This document shows, piece by piece, positions 13,163 through 25,310 of a DNA stretch of 64,000 nt; position 1 is the stretch's first letter, and every line of letters starts with the position of its first letter. The stretch lies in contig NC_058368.1 in assembly GCF_018350175.1 (NCBI RefSeq), forward strand, positions 69,070,001 through 69,134,000, read 5' to 3'. The position numbers were made by a program, and so were the translations under genes. The stretch is from Felis catus (Eukaryota). The notes below the pieces were generated by a model. It had not been told where the DNA came from, made no database searches, and saw nothing but the letters and a program-made list of their open reading frames with translations.

Positions 13163-13322
13163 GCTGGGGAGAGGCAGAGAAAGGGAGACACAGAATCAGA
13201 AGCAGGCTCCAGGCTCCGAGCTGTCAGCACAGAGCCCAACGCGGGGCTCAAACTTGTGAGCCGTGAGATCAGGACCTGAGCCGAAGTCAGAAGCTCAACC
13301 GACTGAGCCACCCACGCGCGCC
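13095..13322 (-). mobile_element. Can-SINE with (GA)n expansion
   Basis: Full reverse-complement SINE. Confidence 0.95.
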
Positions 13323-13769
13323 TCTTTTTACTGGCTTTCTAAACATTGGTCCACTCCCTCGATTTCTTCTAGCATTGCTGTAGTGGCAGTGAGTGCCATG
13401 ATGGCTGGAGGGGAAGTTAGTGAGCCCATCCTTAACCACCAAAATACATTAGCAACCACCTGCCACAAAAAGACTTTCACATGGGAGTTCGATGAGAACA
13501 TGTGGGGTGTGTGTGTGCACACATGTGTGTGCATGTGAATTTTTGTACTACTGCATCTTTATGGAAAAAGAGCCCTTCAGGGCAGAAGCTGTGTATATGA
13601 GTCTATATTGTAAACAGGATAATATTTAATATTATATAAATTATAACATGATCCCTTAAGGAGCATTGTTACTTTTTTTATACTGTGTTCTAATTATTAT
13701 TATATGTAAAGCAAACAGTAATACTTGGCAACGTTTCATTATTTATTTATTACAATGTGTGGGGACCTC

Positions 13770-13900
13770 TAAGGTTCTCTACACACACTGGTAGATTTCT
13801 TTTTCACAACAAAATCCCTCGAAGGAAGGGATAATCTCCCCATTTTACAGATAAGAAACTGAGGCCCAGAAGAGATGAGTAATTTGCTATAAAGAAAAGG
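13770..13900 (-). mobile_element. MIR fragment
   Basis: cccattttacagataagaaactgaggcccaga core. Confidence 0.8.
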
Positions 13901-14065
13901 CACAGTAAGAAAGAGAAGACATAGATGAAAACCTGCCTGTTTCTATGAATCAGGGATTTAACCGGTGTCTTCATACAAACTAAAGACTAAACAGATATTA
14001 GAAGTATATCTTCAGATGGATTTTGGAGAAAGCAGCTGCAGGAAAATCAAAGATAAGCCTAGCTA

Positions 14066-14301
14066 GGGGCGCCTGAGTGGCTTAGTCAGTTAAGCATCTG
14101 ACTTTGGCTCAGGTCATGATCCCACGGTTCGTGGGTTCAAGCCCCGCATCAGACTCTGTACTGACAGCACAGAGTCTGGAGCCTGCTTCGGATTCTGTGT
14201 CTCCGTCTCTCTCTGCCCCTCCCTGCAGGGAGATACTCTGTCTCTCTGTCTCTCTCTCTCTTTCTCAAAAGTAGATAAAACCATTAAAAACTATTTTTAA
14301 G
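14066..14301 (+). mobile_element. Can-SINE
   Basis: Complete element; imperfect TSD aaagataagccta / aaaggtaagccta. Confidence 0.95.
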
Positions 14302-15106
14302 AAAGGTAAGCCTAATCTTCTCACACTAGAGTCAGGTCCACATTTGCCTACAGCAAACTGTAATCTCAAGGGAAGATTCCAGGCAAGATTCATAGAATTT
14401 GTCTCTACCTAAGAATTTAGGAATAATTTCATCAGCCCTCTGACCCTCAGGCAGAGATACACATGTGTGCTAGAGATGTGCCATCCGCCTTTCTAATGCC
14501 CGTGAGATGACGTCGCTTAACTTCTTTCATTGACCAATCCCAGTATTTATCAGCACTCACAATTCAGCAATTTTTATGTCTTCCCCTATTTCTTTTCATA
14601 TATTCAATATGCACTCAGAGAAGTTGGTCCCTCTCTGTTTTTTATAATTACTTTTCATAGATTTGAAGGCAGCCACAGAAATCTCTCTTCATTCATGAAT
14701 AATCCTATTTCTCTTAGTTTGATTTTCAGCCTTAACATTTTAAGATTAAGCAAGATTTTGATTAGGTTTGCAGCTCTGTTCCCTGAGTCTCCTCCAAGCT
14801 TTTCAGATCCACTGCAAACGCTGTGGAAGACAGAGCAACACAGAAAGGTCCAGGCTCCACCTGTGTATGGGGGGGGGGGGGGCTGGATACTTGCTGTTCA
14901 GGTAGATCCTATCAAGTTTCCTCACTCACCCAGAGATGTTCGTTGCTGAATCATGACACTCTCAGACACTATCGAAATGTCACCTAGAGCCATGTCAAGG
15001 TCTTTTCTTCCCCATGTCCTCATCGAATTACAATCCCAAAGCACTCACTGTCAGAAACTAAAAGGGATAGAATGATTAAGACTATTGTTAAAACCCTATA
15101 GTTTTA

Positions 15107-15545
15107 GGGGCATCTGGGTGGCTCAGTTAACAGTCTGACTTTAGGGGCGCCTGGGTGGCTCAGTCGGTTAAGCGGCCGACTTCGGCCCAGGTCATGATCT
15201 CACGGTCTGTGAGTTCGAGCCCCGTGTCGGACTCTGTGCTGACAGCTCAGAGCCTGGAGCCTGTTTTCAGATTCTGTGTCTCCCTCTCTCTCTCTGATCC
15301 TCCCCCGTTCATGCTCTGTCTCTCTTTGCCTCAAAAATAAATAAATGTTAAAAAAATTAGAAAAAAAGAGTCTGACTTTAGCTTAGGTCATGATCTCACA
15401 ATTCGTGAGTTGGAACCCCGCATCAGGCTCTGCACTGAGAGTGCAGAGCTGTTTGGGATCCTCTCTCTTCCTCTCTTTGGCCCTTCCCCACTCACTTTCT
15501 CTCTCTCTCTCAAAATAAATAAGTAAAATTTAAAAATAATAATAA
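15107..15545 (+). mobile_element. Older host Can-SINE (interrupted by the SINE at 15144)
   Basis: Head 15107-15143 resumes at 15381; outer TSD aaaaccctatagttttag (15090) / aaaaccctcttgttttag (15781). Confidence 0.9.
15144..15366 (+). mobile_element. Young Can-SINE nested in SINE head
   Basis: TSD agtctgacttta at 15132-15143 and 15369-15380; CpGs largely intact. Confidence 0.96.
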
Positions 15546-15550
15546 AATTT

Positions 15551-15765
15551 GGGGTCCCTGGGTGGCTCAGTTGGTTAAGCGTCCGACTTCAGCTCAGGTC
15601 ATGATCTCACGGTCCGTGGGTTTGAGCCCCGCGTCAGGCTCTGGGCTGATGGCTCAGAGCCTGGAGCCTGGTTTGGATTCTGTGTCTCCCTCTCTCTCTG
15701 CCCCTTCCCTGATCACACTCTGTCTCTCTCTTTCAAAAATAAATAAACATTAAAAAATTAAAAAA
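15551..15765 (+). mobile_element. Can-SINE inserted in host SINE A-tail
   Basis: Complete element lying inside the outer TSD pair. Confidence 0.95.
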
Positions 15766-16088
15766 CATAATAATAATTTTAAAACCCTCTTGTTTTAGTG
15801 CAAATAAATACAGCATTTACAACTCTAATTAGAAGGGTCACACAGCAAGTGTTCCAAGTATGTTTGATGGTTGAATAAATTAACAAATGAGCTCATTTAA
15901 CTTTATGAGAATAACTTACTTGCACCCTCATTTTGTACTAACTCCACCATCCAATTGTAACCTGCAGGGGTGAGGAGTAACCTGGAAGAATCCTGTAGGC
16001 ACTAGGGTAGTTTGCAGTGATTCTTCAATTCGAGGTGTTTATGTTAAACATATTTTAATTGGCGAAAGCTTTCATCCAGAGGTATTTT

Positions 16089-16375
16089 TGTTTTTGATTT
16101 TAAGAAGAGTGTGTGCAAGCAGGGGAGAGAGGTAGAGGGAGGGAGGGGGAGAGAGAGGCAGAGAGAGAGAGAGAGGGAGAGAGAGAATGTTGTTTTTTTT
16201 TAATGTTTATTTTGAGAAAGAAAGTGTGAGCGAGGGAGAGGCAGAGAGAGAGGGAGACACAAAATCCCAAGTAGGCTCTGAGCTGCATGGAGCTCGAACC
16301 CATGAACTGTGAGATCATGACCTGAACTGAAATCAAGAGTCAGATGCTTAACTGACTGAGCCACCCAGGTGTAGC
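16089..16375 (-). mobile_element. Can-SINE with two tandem CT/A tails
   Basis: One head, two tails; TSD tccagaggt at 16075 and 16376. Confidence 0.9.
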
Positions 16376-16559
16376 TCCAGAGGTGTCTTAACTCCAGAAT
16401 GATTTGTCTAGTATTTCAGAAATAATTAAGACTACACATCCAGATTGGAGTGCATACAAGATTTACTTAAGAAATAGCCCAAGCCTGCCCCTCACACTGG
16501 AGTAAGTTATCATCCTCTCCCGCAGTTCTTGGACAGTCTTACCAGCCAACTGCCTATAA

Positions 16560-16750
16560 ATAAGGACTTTGGACTCAAATACTCTGGGCCTAAATTCCAG
16601 CTCTGTCCCTCACTGGCTGTGTAGACTTCAGAGAAGTTATTTTGTCACTCTGAGACTCAGATCCTCATCTTAAAGTGGAGAAACTCTTAGCACCTCCCTC
16701 ATAGGGTTGTTGTGAAGGTCAAATGTGTCACTGAAGCACTTAGAATATTA
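16560..16750 (+). mobile_element. MIR
   Basis: aattccagctctg...cctcatagggttgttgtgaagg core. Confidence 0.85.
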
Positions 16751-16842
16751 TTATTATTTTATTACTATTATTATTATCCACTATCTAAACAAATGGCCAT
16801 CTAAGGAAAATAAACTAAAAGTATTCAAGAACAAGAAAGCCA

Positions 16843-17055
16843 GGGGCGCCTGGGTGGCTCAATTGGTTAAGCGTCAGACTTTGGCTCAGGTCATAATCTC
16901 ACAGCTCATGAGTTCGATCCCCGTGTTGGACTCTGTGCTGACAGCTCAGAGCCTGGAGCCTGCCCTGGATTCTGTGTCTCCCTCTTTCTCTGCCTTTCTC
17001 CCACTCATGCTCTGACTCTCTCTCTCTCAAAAATAAGTAAACATTAAAAAAAATA
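16843..17055 (+). mobile_element. Can-SINE
   Basis: TSD aagaacaagaaagcca / aagaagaagaaagcca. Confidence 0.96.
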
Positions 17056-17564
17056 AGAAGAAGAAGAAAGCCAGAGAGGGGATGATGTGCTCTGTTGGTT
17101 ATCAGGACACCATAACTACCTCACATTTGGAAGACACGCTTGGAGCTCTTTTTGAATAAAATGTATTATAGAAAAAAAAAAATGTGAAAACTTTTCAAGC
17201 AGACCAAAGAAATTGCTGGATACCTTCAGTAGAAAATTCCCTGTTGTCTAAGTACACCCTCTGGGTTATCTGATTCTATGGGATCTGTGCACTTTTCACT
17301 GTTTTTGAACTATTCTACAACACTATTGGTTGTCAAAGATTTCACAATATTTCTTGTCCACAGAACATGCTAGTTCCCATGACAGTTCCCTGTCCCTCCA
17401 TCACCCTCCACAAGCCAGTTTTGCACCTATTTGTAAATTCATCTCACATTATTTTCTATGTGCACGTGATCCTTAGAATTCGTCTTTGAATCAATTGTGA
17501 CATCTGAATGGTCTCCTCGTTAATTTGTGAATTGAATAAAACCTTTGACATGTGTACATTTTAT

Positions 17565-17799
17565 TTTTAAATTTTTATTAAAAAAAATTTTTTTTAACGT
17601 TTATTTATTTTTGAGACAGAGAGAGACAGAGCATGAACGGGGGAGGGTCAGAAAGAGAGGGAGACACAGAATCTGAAAACAGGCTCCAGGCTCTGAGCTG
17701 TCAGCACAGAGTCCGACGCGGGGCTCAAACTCACAGACCGTGAGATCATGACCTGGGCCGAAGTCGGCCGCTTAACCGACTGAGCCACCCAGGCGCCCC
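17565..17799 (-). mobile_element. Young Can-SINE
   Basis: Perfect 18-bp TSD gacatgtgtacattttat (17547-17564, 17800-17817); CpG-rich. Confidence 0.97.
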
Positions 17800-17879
17800 G
17801 ACATGTGTACATTTTATATTTGTCTGAGTCATGGCTAGACACAGTTTGAAACATCCCACAGCAATTTATACATGTGTAT

Positions 17880-18340
17880 GCGTTCATCCATTTATTCACT
17901 TACTCATCACAAACAGTAATCGAACACCTAAAATCAGGAACTATGTTGAAATGTATGCATGATACAAAGACAAATAAGCATGGTCTTGCCCTCAAGATGC
18001 TCACAAAGAATTATAAAATAATTATAATTTAAGATAACTGACAAGCACCTTGCAAAAAGGGAATTGGGAAAGGGAGACATCACCATTCGCTCAGGGTAAG
18101 ACAGAAGAACCCATGAAAGAATTGCCAATGATTTGTGTCTTAGAGGATTCCAGCTTTCAAGGATATGGGGGGGGTGATATCGCAGGTAAGTGCCTGCTTT
18201 TACCTGGCCAAACCTAAGTGTATAAAGTAGAGGGCTAGGAGACCAAGCTGGAAAGTCAAATCACGAGCAGTCATGGAGAACCTTGGATACTGTGCCGAAG
18301 GCAGAAGGGACCCACTGAAGTTGCCTTAGCAGGGGAGCAT
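17880..18340 (-). mobile_element. L2 fragment
   Basis: ttcatccatttattcac... terminal motif and ggtcttgccctcaag...gctcaca. Confidence 0.65.
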
Positions 18341-20579
18341 CCCGGCCAAGCCATAGAACGACACTGCCCCCCGCCCCTGCTAGATGGAGCGTAGTTCAGA
18401 GAAGACACTTGACTCCAGGGTCAAATGCAATATCCAGGAAAAGTTGGTAATTGGGTCCTGGACCAGGGTGACCATAAAGGGACCGGGAAGGAAGAGACCC
18501 AGATAGGCACTGTCTGATCGCCACCGTGACCGTCCTGGCACTCCACATGGCGACAACAAACACTGAAATTTCTACAAGTCATTTTCTCTCTCCTCCGGTG
18601 CCTTTCAAACACCAGCAAAGCTGTGCTCTTTATGATTCACTCTATTTCCATGCCAACCTTTCAGCTACTGCTGTCTGGCCTCCCTGTCCGCAGGGCAAGA
18701 TGTCTATAGTCCCTGCACTCCCTCAGGGATCTGACGCCCACTGCTTCTCAGTAAATGCTTTTAAATGACATTGAACTATCTGCTCCTGCACACCAGTGAA
18801 GTGCTCCTGTTTGACCTGCAGAGACGTCACGTTCCAGGTCAGCAGAATGCTCTCCTGTGCTGTTAATGCATGACTGACTACCTTCATCACGAAAAGAAGC
18901 TTCCCTTCAGTGGTATTTTACAGGTACAGGTGCAAAGATTTCAACAACGGCAGAGTGCACTCGGGCACCATGGCAACCGGTGCGTCGGCCGGATACCCTC
19001 GGCAGCGTGGGAACAGTCAGTTCTCCATTCATTGTAGCCGACAACAAAAACGAGAGACGTTTTGTCTTGCCTTGTCCTCTCGGAAAATATTTGTCAGGTC
19101 CCAGGGTAGTAAGGGTGCTGGCCTTTAAGCTCAGGGAGAGTCAGGGTGGAGATTACAGCCCCATTGGTTGGAATGCTCCCGGTACATCTGCAGAGGCTGC
19201 CTTCCACCGGTGCTCTCAGCAGGGGCTGGCTGGGCGCGCGTGCTGGCTGTTGTTTCACATATGCTACTTTAAGTTGATTTAAAATCACTTGCCAGAGACC
19301 TTGCCCCAGCTCTGCAGCCCCACATTTCATGAGCTTATGAAGTAATGTGCGTGTTGTGGTTACTGTCGGAGCCCTTGTGTAAGAAATGCCTAAGGTACCA
19401 AGATTTTATTGCTTTCAGGGGTGTTCTGCAAGAGATTAAAAATTCAAGGAAAACTGTCTGAAGCAAAACCGAGCATGTAAAGGTTTATTTATAAGTATAA
19501 TAATATAGTTGTATTCTATGTAATAATATTGTTCTATTATGTGTGTGTGTCTCTCTCTAACCTCTCTGTCTCTTCTGCATCTCTGTCCCTGCCTCTCTCT
19601 ATCTCTCTCTCTGTCTCTGTCTCTCTCTTCCCAACACTTGGCCAGGTCCTTCCTAGTCCTTAAGGTGTATAGAACTGCAGGGCTTAGCCATAGGCAGTTT
19701 TAGGCTCAGAGCCCCAGATTAGCAAAGTCACAGCAAAAAAGAGAACATCTTTCTGCCAGTGTGTGCATGGAGAATCCCAGAGAAGGGCTCTGATTGGCCT
19801 GTCCTGGGTCACATGGCCATCTCCAGTGGGAACTATGAGTGACCGAGCAAGTCAGTTGCCTACCACTCTGGCCAGAAGAATGGGTTCTATGATGAGAAGA
19901 CCCAAAAAGACCAGAAGGCGGGTTATTACAAGAAGGAGGGAGGAGACGGTGGCCCCCTCAAAACAATAGACCAAACTAAAAATGTAGGACAAGAAAAAAT
20001 TCTCAACTGACTTGCACTTCGGGCTTCACCAAACTTCCCACTTTCAAGTACAATGGCTGTAACAACAGCACTGACTTGCCCAAGTCCAGAACACACCATT
20101 AACACTTTATTATATGTAAAGACCTGCCAATAATGTCTTTCACAAAAGTTCTGTTGGAAATCCCCCCTGGAGTTGTGTAACCTCAGGGCTCTGTCGGTCA
20201 CCTCTAGAGGAAGGAGAAGGGAAGTGGTGTCAGGGGCTGAGACCAGATAGCCAGAGACCGATTTTCAGCATAACTAGAGATCTGAGAGAAGCCAAAGGTC
20301 TGAGAGACAGAAAGTCACCAGGCTGTATGCCGGCCATACAGGCAGAAAGCAACATTAGCCATGAGAGGCAGCCTGGCTGGGACAGGTATGGTTTGCCCCC
20401 TGCCTTCCTCTCAGTTTTCAGATGGGCACGAACATCTCTGAGTGGACAGGAGGTAACTCCTGCTAGAGAAAGCATGCCCACAGGGAGGCTCGAGTCAGGA
20501 GTCGAAGAGAAGCAGGTGTTCTTGTCCTTGCCAACATGGCTGTTCAGCAGAGGGCACAGCCCTCTACTAGCCACACAGC

Positions 20580-21910
20580 ATTACCATGTTTTGTTTCAGA
20601 CAATCAATATTCATTGAAGTTTGCTCACATATATTTCCTTTCCTCTTTTCTTCAGTGTGGTGTGCATGTGTATGCTTTCATCTGGGATCATTTTAGTCCC
20701 ATCTGATAACCCACTTTTAGAATCTTCTACTGTCTTCCTACTGGTGACAAATTATCTTAGTTTTCATTTGCTAAAAAATGTTTACCTTGTCTTCATTTCC
20801 AAAAGATATTTAATGGAATATAGAATTCTATGTTGGCACTTATTTCTTTTCATCATTTTAAGTTGACATTCCACTGTCTTATGACTTCATTGTTTCTGTT
20901 GAGAAGGTACGAGCAATGTCTTCTTTTTCCCCTCTGGCTATTTCTAAGATTATCTCTTTGTCTTTGGTTTCACCAGTTTGTGTCTCATACACAAAGGATA
21001 TTCATCCTTTGAGGTTCACAGCTCTTCCTGAATTAGCATTATCTTTCATCAATTTTGGAAAATTCTTGGCCACTATTTCTTCATATTGGCTCCTACCATA
21101 TCCTCTCTCCTCTCTTTCTGGGACTCCAATTTCACTTATATTAGGCCTTCTCACCACACCCTGCATAATTTCTACACTCTTCTAGCTTTTCATTCCCTTC
21201 AGTGTTTCAGTCTGAATACTTTCTTCCAATCTTTCTTGCACCTTATCATTGATTAATGTCTGATTTTCTGCTAAACCCATCCACTGCTCTCTCCTTTTCA
21301 TGGTAAAAATATACATAACATAAATTTAACCATTTTTAAGTGTGCAATTCATTTCCCTTTTAGTTGTATTTTTCAACTCTACAATTTCTTTTCGGTGATT
21401 TTTTAAATACTGTTAGGGGTAACTGGGTGGCTCAGTCGGTTAAGTGTCTGACTCCTGATTTTAGCTCAGGTCATGGTCTCATGGTTGTGAGATCATGTCC
21501 CACTTTGGGCTCTGTACTGACAGCACAAAGCCTGCTTAGAATTCCTCTCTCCCCTCCCCTCTCTCTGTCCCTGCCCTGCTCTCTCCCTCTCTCCCTTTCA
21601 AAATAAATACATAAAAATTTAAAATAAAATAAAATCCTTTTAAATTCTCTTCCTCCATCTTCCTTGAAGTATGTTAAATATAGTTGTTCCAAAGTCTGGA
21701 ATACCTTCACTAGCTGGGGCCACCATAGATCTATTTGATTCTGTCTCTCATGTCTCTGGAGGTTTGGCTCAATTCTTGTCTCCTTGAATGTCAAATTATC
21801 CATTTGTTTCATAGTGAGAATATATATTAAAAATTGTGGAGGAATTTGAGGCTGTGTTTGATATTATCATCCTCCAAAGATTTACCTTTGTTTCTGGCAG
21901 GTAACCAAAA
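20580..21910 (-). mobile_element. Ancient L1ME fragment
   Basis: T-rich antisense L1 with tatagaattcta...ggca, ttccactgtctt, aattttggaaaattcttggcc motifs. Confidence 0.75.
21416..21630 (+). mobile_element. Can-SINE inside L1ME
   Basis: ggggtaactgggtggctcagtcggttaag head, CT region, A-tail. Confidence 0.94.
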
Positions 21911-24499
21911 AGTCTGGCATTACCAAGTATTAGTGAAGATACGAAGCTATAGAAAGCCACACATTTGCAAAATTATTTAGCATTATCTAGAGAAGTTTAT
22001 TTTTGATGTTTTTCAATAATCCATTTTAAAATGGGAAACAAGACCCAAAGAGATTAAATAACTTGCTCAAGATTACATTGCTTTTGAGGTTGGGACCCAT
22101 AAACACACCTTGGCCTATTTGATGCCAGGGTTCATGTTCTTTCCCTTATATACTATCCTGTCTCCCATGTTCCACTATGAGCAATAAGACTTAAAGAATA
22201 TCATGACCTTTTCTCCCCCGTCATCTTCCACAAAGTGATATTTCATTAGACCAACTCCTTATAGTAAAAACTGTATGACCACTACTTACTAGTCTATTCC
22301 CATTGTCTAGAATAGGGCCTAAAATGTAATAGGGGCTCCAAAATTGTCTGTTGAGTCACTTCCCCAAGTTCCCCACAATTCTCAAGGACCAGAGACACGT
22401 ATAACCACCTGTCTGGATCATCTGATCTTCCAGGATCCTTAGCACCCTCACTGGTCATCGAACTTTGTAGAATAAGAAGCATTTTTTGCCCAGTTCTCCT
22501 AAGTCAAAGACAAGGGTCGGCTGAAATGCAGCAAATATTCTGACAAGTGGGGCGAAATTATTTCCCCCTTTGGTATCCCTCCCTAGAAACATGAGGACCC
22601 TAGCCTGGGGCTTTGGAAGCCTGGGGAGACGGGCATAGATAGTATACAAATCTACCTAAAGGTTTCTTTTCAGTATGGTCTCACGTGTCAGTGTCACCAT
22701 CAGCCTCCTGAAATCTAGGTACCTTCCTCCCATTCATACTAGGAAGGAAGTCCATCTCATTTTCTAGAAGAAGAAAGAGGAGGAGGAGGAAGTGGAAGGC
22801 AGGAAAACAATCTACTTCCAAGCAAGAAATCTCAGAGTGATCTTCAGAGAGTGGTATCCAGCCTTCACCCTACCTCCAGTCCAGGCCAAATGGAGCCGTT
22901 ATGCATTTTCATTGGCTCCCACATCCATCCATCTCTCAGTTGGCTCTCTGTCAGTCTGCTGGCTCCCATCTTGCCCTGCACTCCTTCCTGCCCCTCCTGA
23001 ACTTCTTCCTGTTCACTGACACTTGCCCACTTTCTCCTCCGTGTTTTCGCTAGCTGACCCACACCTTAAGGCTCTCATAGCAGGTGTGGGATGTTGGGAT
23101 AGAGGTGAAGTAGATGCCCACATGAAACAGGAAGCCCAAGTTTTCCCAGCTCTGGTCCCAAGACCCAACAACCATTTATCTGAAATGCTGCAAATACATG
23201 CCTCCCACAGGGTTGGACTACCTGACACTCATTTCTGAGTCCATACTCCCCCTGGGATCTCTGCTGCCCCTCAAAGGAATATTCCAGAAGAGCACATAGC
23301 TCCTGGCAAGTCTTCAGTTCTAAATGTGAGTTGAAGATGATTTTGCCAAAATTAATAATAAATGTTTTCATTTAATTTTATAAGTTGATAAAACCCAGAA
23401 GGAGGACGAGGGCATTATTATTCCACAACCTAGTAAGAAGCATGGGATGTAAGGATGGGATGACCAATTCTCTATTTCTTACTGTGCATTTTCCATACTT
23501 GACATCATTCTGTATACACAATTTGTAATTGCCTTTATTTTTGGATCACTATTATTTCTTTAGTATATTCCACGTTGTTAAAAAAAATGTGTCTTAATAC
23601 CATTAAAAAAAACTTTATAGTATAGTGGAGGTACTTCTTCGAGGGTCCTCCTATCAAATATTTCCATTTTTTTGACCCTCAAATAATCTTTATCATCGAC
23701 TTGGCACCTTGTCCGTAAGCCTCAGAATTCAATAGCGTTTTTAAAAACTTTGAAGTGCCAATGTCGTCCTTTCAACAGAGCCGAGGAATCTGATTACAGC
23801 TCTCTCACGGAGTGATAGTCTCTCACACATTTTTTTTTTCCTTATAGCACATTTTCCCTACTTTGCATATTTCCCCTTCTTGCAATTTTTCAAAATCAGT
23901 TTGAACTGATTTTAAATAGATTTCTCTGTGGCAAGGTATTCCCGTGCTATATTCTAATCATCTTTATGGACAGTTTGGAATTATATCATATTTTAAATAA
24001 GAGCTATTTAGGAGATTTATGGAGGGCCGGTACTGCTGCATGGACAACTTTGGTTGGCAATAAGATGAAGAAAGTGCAATATTTGAAAACAAAACAAATG
24101 TTCCTTCCCACCTCTACATCCAGGTCTGCCTTATAGCTTCATTTCAAAGTTCTGTGAAAATATTCCCACTGGCGCAGGACCAACTCGCGTGCGTTGGAGA
24201 CAGTAAATCAGGCAGGTGGAAGGTATAGGCTCAGACTCTGTTCCCCTTGCATGCTGTAGTGTGGCTCTTATGCTGAATGCAGCATATAGAAATTCGCTGA
24301 GAGGTGCTTGCTGGGGATGGGGAAGTCAGCTGCGCGCATACGCGATGTCTTTCTGTGGCCAGACGCGCAGAGACCACCTCACACGGCTGTGCCTGAAATC
24401 CAGCTGACCTCAGCACCCACCCTCACACACAAGTGCCAGCCTGGGAAGGGACTAAGCAGCCATGGAGAACTAATCCTAATTCACTCCATAGAAGTCAAG

Positions 24500-25310
24500 T
24501 ACTTTCGACCACTGCGGGCCAAGGTCTGTGCTAAGTGAAGATTGCGGAGATGACTGAGACATGGTCCTTGTCCTCAACGAGCTTACAGTCTCGTGACAGA
24601 GATGAATATGTAAACAAATAACTGCAAGGGGGCCTGACGATGATGTGAGGGGTAGGTTCTCAGTGTAGGAGAAGACAACAGAAGCAATGATCTCTACTTA
24701 GCGGAAGCGAGGAAACACTGAACAGAGGAAGAGACACTTGATCCATCTTTAAGGGTGGGCAGGAATCAGATCAAAGAGGAAGGAGCTAGAGTCCAGGAAG
24801 AGGGAATAACTACAACAATAACAACAATAACAGCAATAATAATAGAATATGCGGAGCATCTTGCCACGTGCCAGGCTCTAATCCAAGCCTGTTGGGTATT
24901 ATCTCATTTAATCCTCACAGCAATGCTGGAAGGCAGAGTCTAGCCTAGTACCCACGTTGAAATAAGCCAACACACAGGAAGCTAAAGAAACTTGCCCAAA
25001 ACCTTACTTGTAGAACCTTCAACAACTAGACCCATTCAGGTAACTACCATTGTCTCATACTGCTGAAGCATGGTAGCAGTGGGGCCAGAGAGGCTGAGAG
25101 CAAGGAGGAGCCAGATCTCAAAGGGCCTTAAATGTCATGCTAAGGGATTGGATTTTAATCCTGCAGGTATCGAGAACTAAATATATAAAGTTTGGAAAGA
25201 CAGAACTGATTGCTAAGGACGAAAAAGCCAGAGTCAGGAAACCAGTTAGGAGACTATTAAGATAGTCCCGGAAAGAACAGATGAGCCCTGGAGCCTCAGG
25301 TGAGAAAGAA
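24500..25310 (-). mobile_element. L2 fragment with inserted MIR (~24820-25060)
   Basis: tccttgtcctcaacgagcttacagtc (L2); atctcatttaatcctcacagcaa (MIR). Confidence 0.7.

Noticed and set aside
15155..15753. Recurrent peptides 'MAQSVKRPTSAQVMISR...' across the window
   Set aside because: Translations of Can-SINE bodies, not a gene family
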